Assembly: GCA_050178385.1 (NCBI GenBank)
Contig: JBFXGD010000049.1
Location: forward strand, 1 to 21,879
DNA: 21,879 bases
DNA from: Calditrichaceae bacterium
GTDB taxonomy: Bacteria; Calditrichota; Calditrichia; Calditrichales; JBFXGD01
Reading direction: 5' to 3'
Translations under genes and position numbers: made by a program
Shown: piece after piece, positions 17,022 to 21,879 of the stretch
Position numbering within the stretch: position 1 is the stretch's first letter
How the letters are laid out: every line of letters starts with the position of its first letter
The notes under the pieces: model-generated
Told to the model about the DNA's origin: nothing
What the model saw: only the letters and a program-made list of their open reading frames with translations
The model's database searches: none

Positions 17022-19118
17022 ATGGGCAATTATAATTCCGCCGATTTTGATCTGCAATATCTAAAAGGAATTGGACCGAAAAGGGCTCAGATTCTTTCAG
17101 GGAACGGGATAAAAACCTTCCACGATTTAATCAATTATTTTCCAAGAAAATATGTTGACCGAAGCACAATAGTATCTCTCGATAACCTCCAACCCGATCA
17201 GGAAGTTACCGTGATTGGCAAAATTGAGGTGGCGGGGATCCGCCGCATGAGGAAAGCGGTGTTTTATCTGGTTATCAGTGACGGTAAAGGGATACTTGAA
17301 GCAATTTGGTTCAATTCCGTCTCTTATTTCAAAAATCTGTTCAAAGTAGGTGAATGGATTTCTCTCTCGGGCAAACCATCATTTTACCGCGGATATCAGA
17401 TGGTTCATCCTGATTATGACCGGCTGGGTGACGGTGAAATAGAAAATCTGTTTAATACGGGTAAGATTCTGCCGTTTTATCCTGAAAACGAAACTTTCAA
17501 AAAAGTCGGTATCAATTCCTATACCTTCCGAAAAATCTTTTTTCATTTGTTTCAGTCTGTAACAGATGAAATCCAGGAGATACTCCCTGAAACCTTAATC
17601 AGCAAACGCGGTTTTCAGGATCTGGATCAGGCATACAGGCAAATTCACAATCCGGATAATCAGCAAAAATTAGATCTCTCCATATACCGTTTTAAGTATG
17701 AAGAATTTTTTTATCAGCAGTTAATGATGGCACTTCAAAAGGCAAATTTAAAATCAAAACCGGTCGGCATCGCCTTTACGGGAAAAAGCGAACGACTAAA
17801 CCGGCTATATGAATCGTTGCCGTTTGCGATGACGGAAGCGCAAAAACGCGTCGTCCGCGAAATTCGTGAAGACATGAAACAATCCGCGCCGATGAACCGG
17901 CTTCTTCAGGGGGATGTGGGGTCGGGTAAAACACTCGTGGCGATCATGGCTATGCTCATTGCCATCGATAACGGCTACCAGGCGGCGTTGATGGTGCCCA
18001 CAGAAATTTTAGCGGAACAGCATTTTATAAATATTTCAAAATTTCTAAGTCCTTTGGATGTAAAGGTGAGCCTTTTGACCGGAAGTACAACGGCCGGCCA
18101 GAGAAAGCGGCTTCAGGAGGATCTGGAATCAAATGAACCTCATATTGTCATAGGCACACACGCGATCATTCAGGATGCTGTCGAATTCAGGCAGCTGGGA
18201 CTGGTCGTAATAGATGAACAGCATCGTTTTGGCGTTATGCAGCGGGGCATGTTAATGTCGAAAGCGGCCCATCCGGATGTGCTGGTGATGACCGCGACTC
18301 CGATTCCCCGAACTCTGGCTCTGACTGCCTATGGTTCACTGGATGTTTCTGTAATCGATGAGATGCCCGCAAACAGAAAAGATATTTTAACCGTATGGCG
18401 CTTTGATGATAAAGCGAATCAGATTTATGAGTTTATAAGGGAACGGTTAAAAGAAGGTGAGCAGGCTTATATCGTGTATCCTTTGGTGGAAGAGAGTGAA
18501 AAGCTTGATCTGAAAGCCGCGACGGAAAGTTATGAATTTTTACAAAAAGGTCCTTTTGCCGGATATAAGATGGAATTACTCCATGGGCGAATGAAATCGG
18601 CGGAAAAGGAACGGGCGATGCAACTATTTGTGGATAAAAAAGTTGATATACTTGTGTCGACAACGGTAATCGAAGTTGGAGTCGATGTGGCGAATGCCAC
18701 GGTAATGCTGATTGAACACGGAGAACGGTTCGGGCTTTCTCAGCTCCACCAGCTGCGCGGACGGGTGGGCAGAAGCGATAAAAAATCATACTGTATTCTG
18801 AAAACTCCGCACAATATCGGTGAAGTTGCCCAGCATCGGATGCGCATTATGACGGAAACGCAGAATGGATTTGTGATTGCCGAAAAGGACCTGGAGTTAA
18901 GGGGCTGGGGAGATTTTTTCGGAACCAAACAAAGCGGCATGCCCGATTTCAGGCTTGCGAATCCGATTATCGATCTGGATATCCTGAAACAGGCGCGTCA
19001 GGATGCTTTTGAGCTTGTCAATGCCGATAATCTGCTGAGAAAACCGGAAAACAATGAATTGAATCAGGTTATGCGTACGCGATTCAAAGAAAAAATGGAT
19101 TTAATAAATATTAGTTAA
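17022..19118 (+). CDS. recG: ATP-dependent DNA helicase RecG
   Basis: 'LKGIGPKRA', wedge/OB domain, 'MNRLLQGDVGSGKT', 'DEQHRFG', 'MTATPIPRTL', 'GLSQLHQLRGRVGR', TRG motif 'GF.IAEKDLELRG.G..FGTKQSG'. Confidence 0.97.
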   Translation: MGNYNSADFDLQYLKGIGPKRAQILSGNGIKTFHDLINYFPRKYVDRSTIVSLDNLQPDQEVTVIGKIEVAGIRRMRKAVFYLVISDGKGILEAIWFNSVSYFKNLFKVGEWISLSGKPSFYRGYQMVHPDYDRLGDGEIENLFNTGKILPFYPENETFKKVGINSYTFRKIFFHLFQSVTDEIQEILPETLISKRGFQDLDQAYRQIHNPDNQQKLDLSIYRFKYEEFFYQQLMMALQKANLKSKPVGIAFTGKSERLNRLYESLPFAMTEAQKRVVREIREDMKQSAPMNRLLQGDVGSGKTLVAIMAMLIAIDNGYQAALMVPTEILAEQHFINISKFLSPLDVKVSLLTGSTTAGQRKRLQEDLESNEPHIVIGTHAIIQDAVEFRQLGLVVIDEQHRFGVMQRGMLMSKAAHPDVLVMTATPIPRTLALTAYGSLDVSVIDEMPANRKDILTVWRFDDKANQIYEFIRERLKEGEQAYIVYPLVEESEKLDLKAATESYEFLQKGPFAGYKMELLHGRMKSAEKERAMQLFVDKKVDILVSTTVIEVGVDVANATVMLIEHGERFGLSQLHQLRGRVGRSDKKSYCILKTPHNIGEVAQHRMRIMTETQNGFVIAEKDLELRGWGDFFGTKQSGMPDFRLANPIIDLDILKQARQDAFELVNADNLLRKPENNELNQVMRTRFKEKMDLINIS

Positions 19119-19177
19119 CTTGTCGATGCCGATTCTGATGAAATTGAACGGTACGGGAATTCGGGAAACAGGAGATC

Positions 19178-20245
19178 ATGGTAAAAGACCCGGTAATATC
19201 AGTGGTGATTCCACACTTCAATGGCAAAGATATTCTAAATGATTGTCTGGAATCCTTATATAAAAACACATATGATGAATTTGAAACTATTCTGATAGAT
19301 AACGGCTCGACTGATGGCAGTCAGGACTTTATCCGGGATAAATTCCCGCAAGTGAGATTGATCCGGAATAAGGCGAATCTGGGATACGCGGGCGGATGTA
19401 ATCAGGGGATTGGATTATCTAATGGAAGTTTTGTTCTTCTGTTAAATAATGATACGGTCATGCCGGAAAATTTTCTCACGGAGATGTACTCAGCCATAAA
19501 AAGTGATGAAACCATTGCCGCGGTTCAGCCAAAAATAATTTCAATTCAGAATAATAGTCTGTTTGATTATTCAGGCGGCGCCGGTGGAGAAATGGATTTG
19601 TTGGGATATCCTTTTGCGAGAGGCCGGATTTTTGATACAGTTGAGGCTGATGAGAAACAATATGATAATATAGAGCGGCAGGTCTTCTGGACATCGGGTT
19701 GTGCGCTTTTATTGCGTAAGAGTATAACGGATCGGATAGGAATCCTGGATGAAGATTTTTTCGCGCACCAGGAGGAAATTGATTTGAACTGGCGGGCTCA
19801 ACTGGCGGGTTATAAAAATGTTGTAACAACAAGAACACATATAAAGCATTTTTCAGGATATACCCTGCGCGGTGACAATGAACGAAAAATGTACTACAAT
19901 CATCGCAATAATCTGATTATGATGTTAAAGAATTACTCCTTGCCGATGCTGTTGATGGTTTTTCCAATTCGTATTGTATTTGAGCTGGCGACTATAGCAG
20001 CCGATGGAATCTTTTGGGAGGGAAAGCGGGCCAGGTCGGTTATGAGATCCCTGTTGTATCTCTTTACACACCCTTCTCTAATATATGGCAAGAGGCGCGA
20101 AACACAGGGATTAAGAAAAGTTTCCGACCGTCAGATTATTCGAAATATGTATCCCGGAAGCGTAGTCATCGATCATTTTATCAGAAAATTGACTCCAAAT
20201 GAGTGCATTCTGAAATTCAGAAAAAACAATCAGGCCGGAATTTGA
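19178..20245 (+). CDS. Glycosyltransferase family 2 (WbbL/rhamnosyltransferase-like subgroup)
   Basis: AGGAG RBS. Motifs 'ISVVIPHFNG', 'IDNGSTDGS', 'NLGYAGGCN', 'LLNNDT', 'WTSGCALL', 'DEDFFAHQEEIDL.WR'. Confidence 0.92.
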   Translation: MVKDPVISVVIPHFNGKDILNDCLESLYKNTYDEFETILIDNGSTDGSQDFIRDKFPQVRLIRNKANLGYAGGCNQGIGLSNGSFVLLLNNDTVMPENFLTEMYSAIKSDETIAAVQPKIISIQNNSLFDYSGGAGGEMDLLGYPFARGRIFDTVEADEKQYDNIERQVFWTSGCALLLRKSITDRIGILDEDFFAHQEEIDLNWRAQLAGYKNVVTTRTHIKHFSGYTLRGDNERKMYYNHRNNLIMMLKNYSLPMLLMVFPIRIVFELATIAADGIFWEGKRARSVMRSLLYLFTHPSLIYGKRRETQGLRKVSDRQIIRNMYPGSVVIDHFIRKLTPNECILKFRKNNQAGI

Positions 20246-20307
20246 ATACCGGACAGGACTATTTTTCTTTAATTTTGTTTTACAACCGGATGTTGGAATT
20301 AATTATC

Positions 20308-20336
20308 TTGCGAAAAAGAGTCAATTTGGTTAGTTT
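20308..20336 (+). promoter_or_regulatory. Probable sigma70-type promoter for the DUF2723 gene
   Basis: TTGCGA (20308-20313) - N17 - TAGTTT (20331-20336), ending about 45 nt upstream of the start. Confidence 0.45.
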
Positions 20337-20382
20337 AAACGCTTCCTTCGCGAACAAAAAATTTAAATAAAGGGTTATGATA

Positions 20383-21879
20383 ATGACCATGGAAAAGATG
20401 AATCGAATTACCGCTTTTGTGATTTTTCTATTTACGACCGTCATTTATTTTTTAACGGTGGCGCCGACTGTATCCTATTGGGATTGCGGTGAGTTTATCG
20501 CGTCGAGTTATAAAATGGCCGTACCGCATCCGCCGGGAAGTCCGTTGTATCTGTTGGTAGGCCGGTTGTTCACGCTGCTGCCGTTCGGAAGTGATATCGG
20601 TTTCAGGGTGAATGTCATATCCGTATTTTCCAGTTCAATCACAGTTATGCTCCTTTATTTATCAATTGTGCATCTCGTGAGAGAATGGAAAGGTAAATTA
20701 GAGACAAAAAGTGACTGGCTGACGGCTATATTTTCGGGTGTGCTGGGTTCCCTGAGTTTTGCTTTTACCCATAGTTTCTGGTTTAACGGTTCCGAGGCGG
20801 AAGTTTACGCGGCATCCATGCTGTTCACTTCATTAATCGTTTGGCTGATCCTTGTATGGGCGCAAAAATCGGATGAGCCGGATAATGGACGATATTTATT
20901 AATGATTGCCTATATCATCGGATTAGCAATCGCGGTTCATCTGCTCAATGTTCTTGCCTTGCCATTTGTGGCGATGATTTATTACTATAAAAGATATGAT
21001 TTTAATATAAAGTCATTCCTGATAATGATGGCGATAACAACCGTTATCATACTTGCGGTATATCCGGGAATGGTGAAGTATGTTCCGTTGATCGCGCTTA
21101 ATTTTGGTGTGATCGGATTGATCGCGTTTGTTGTATTGATCATCGGCGGAACGATTTGGGCATTAAACAATAAAAAGAATTTATTAAGCTATGTTTTCCT
21201 TTCCATATTACTGATCACTATCGGTTACTCAACCTACGCTACAATTTTCATTCGATCCAATCTGAATCCGATGATCGATGAGAACAACCCGGAAAATATC
21301 GAAAACTTTATAAAGTATATAAACAGAGAACAGTACGGCGATCACTCCATCACAGACCGTGAAGCAGTTTGGAAGTCATCTCCGAACGGGAGGAACTATT
21401 CGTCTTCCGGTGATTTTTTCTGGAGATATCAGGTTGACAAAATGTACGTCCGGTATTTTCTATGGCAATTTGTCGGAATGTCTGAAAACGGTATGGACTG
21501 GTCCGCTAAACAATTTTTTGCGCTACCCTTCCTTCTTGGTTTGATAGGGATCTACTGGCATTTCAGGAGAGATCCAAAACACGCGCTGGCAGTCACCGCT
21601 TTGTTCTTTATGACGGGGTTGGCCATCATCATGTATCTAAATCAACCCGATCCCCAGCCGCGGGAGCGTGATTACAGTTATGTAGGAAGTTTTTTCGCGT
21701 TTGCCATTTGGATAGGACTTGGTTACGCGGGCATTATTGAGCTGCTGAAGGATTTATTCAGGAAAAAACCTGATGAAAAATCCGGATTCGGAACAGTAAT
21801 GATGGGGATTACGTTTGTATTACTATTGTTTGTCATCCCTGGACAGATGCTGGCAAAGAATTTCCATAGCCACGACCGT
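20383..21879 (+). CDS. DUF2723 / TMEM260-like polytopic membrane glycosyltransferase (GT-C-type), 3'-truncated
   Basis: Not in the ORF track because it has no stop within the window. Manual translation gives MTMEKMNRITAFVIFLFTTVIYFLTVAPTVSYWDCGEFIASSYKMAVPHPPGSPLYLLVGRLF...SFWFNGSEAEVYA...VHLLN.L...YINREQYG...YLNQPDPQPRERDYSYVGSF...NFHSHDR, with many TM segments. Alternative ATGs are at 20377, 20389 and 20398. Confidence 0.9.
   Translation, partial: MTMEKMNRITAFVIFLFTTVIYFLTVAPTVSYWDCGEFIASSYKMAVPHPPGSPLYLLVGRLFTLLPFGSDIGFRVNVISVFSSSITVMLLYLSIVHLVREWKGKLETKSDWLTAIFSGVLGSLSFAFTHSFWFNGSEAEVYAASMLFTSLIVWLILVWAQKSDEPDNGRYLLMIAYIIGLAIAVHLLNVLALPFVAMIYYYKRYDFNIKSFLIMMAITTVIILAVYPGMVKYVPLIALNFGVIGLIAFVVLIIGGTIWALNNKKNLLSYVFLSILLITIGYSTYATIFIRSNLNPMIDENNPENIENFIKYINREQYGDHSITDREAVWKSSPNGRNYSSSGDFFWRYQVDKMYVRYFLWQFVGMSENGMDWSAKQFFALPFLLGLIGIYWHFRRDPKHALAVTALFFMTGLAIIMYLNQPDPQPRERDYSYVGSFFAFAIWIGLGYAGIIELLKDLFRKKPDEKSGFGTVMMGITFVLLLFVIPGQMLAKNFHSHDR

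Noticed and set aside
294..21544. Numerous short ORFs (60-157 aa) on the minus strand or in alternative frames, e.g. 7518..7991, 15009..15473, 4781..5146, 18433..18789
   Set aside because: All lie largely within well-supported + strand genes and have no recognisable motifs, so they are treated as shadow ORFs.
1..21879. CRISPR arrays, tRNA/rRNA genes, IS elements, prophage or defence genes
   Set aside because: No spaced repeats, cloverleaf-like segments, transposase/integrase motifs or nuclease/RT motifs were seen. Intergenic gaps are all under about 260 bp.

Overview
All real genes in this 21.9-kb bacterial window lie on the + strand. The C-terminal sorting domains and a LysRS insertion suggest an FCB-superphylum organism, possibly Calditrichota/KSB1/Ignavibacteria-like; this is inference only. 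The left half (1-10.6 kb) is a cell-envelope and secretion region. It holds the 3' end of a protein with a T9SS-type/FlgD-Ig C-terminal sorting domain, then a tightly packed operon: a 1664-aa PorU-like C25 cysteine peptidase with an intact His/Cys dyad, a PorV/PorQ-family beta-barrel, an Fn3-like lipoprotein and a stand-alone SLBB 'mini-Wza' protein. Two tandem paralogous genes follow, encoding predicted outer-membrane beta-barrels with charged C-terminal coiled coils. The right half is mostly housekeeping: a SpoIID/LytB-domain protein, prfB (classic CTT-TGA-C +1 programmed frameshift, true start 12404), lysS, a single lolC/E-type permease, lolD, recG, a GT2 glycosyltransferase, and a DUF2723/TMEM260-like membrane glycosyltransferase that runs off the window and is absent from the ORF track. 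No mobile elements, CRISPR arrays or structural RNA genes were recognised. The best candidates for something undescribed are the porU-porV-lipoprotein-SLBB module and the barrel plus coiled-coil gene pair.
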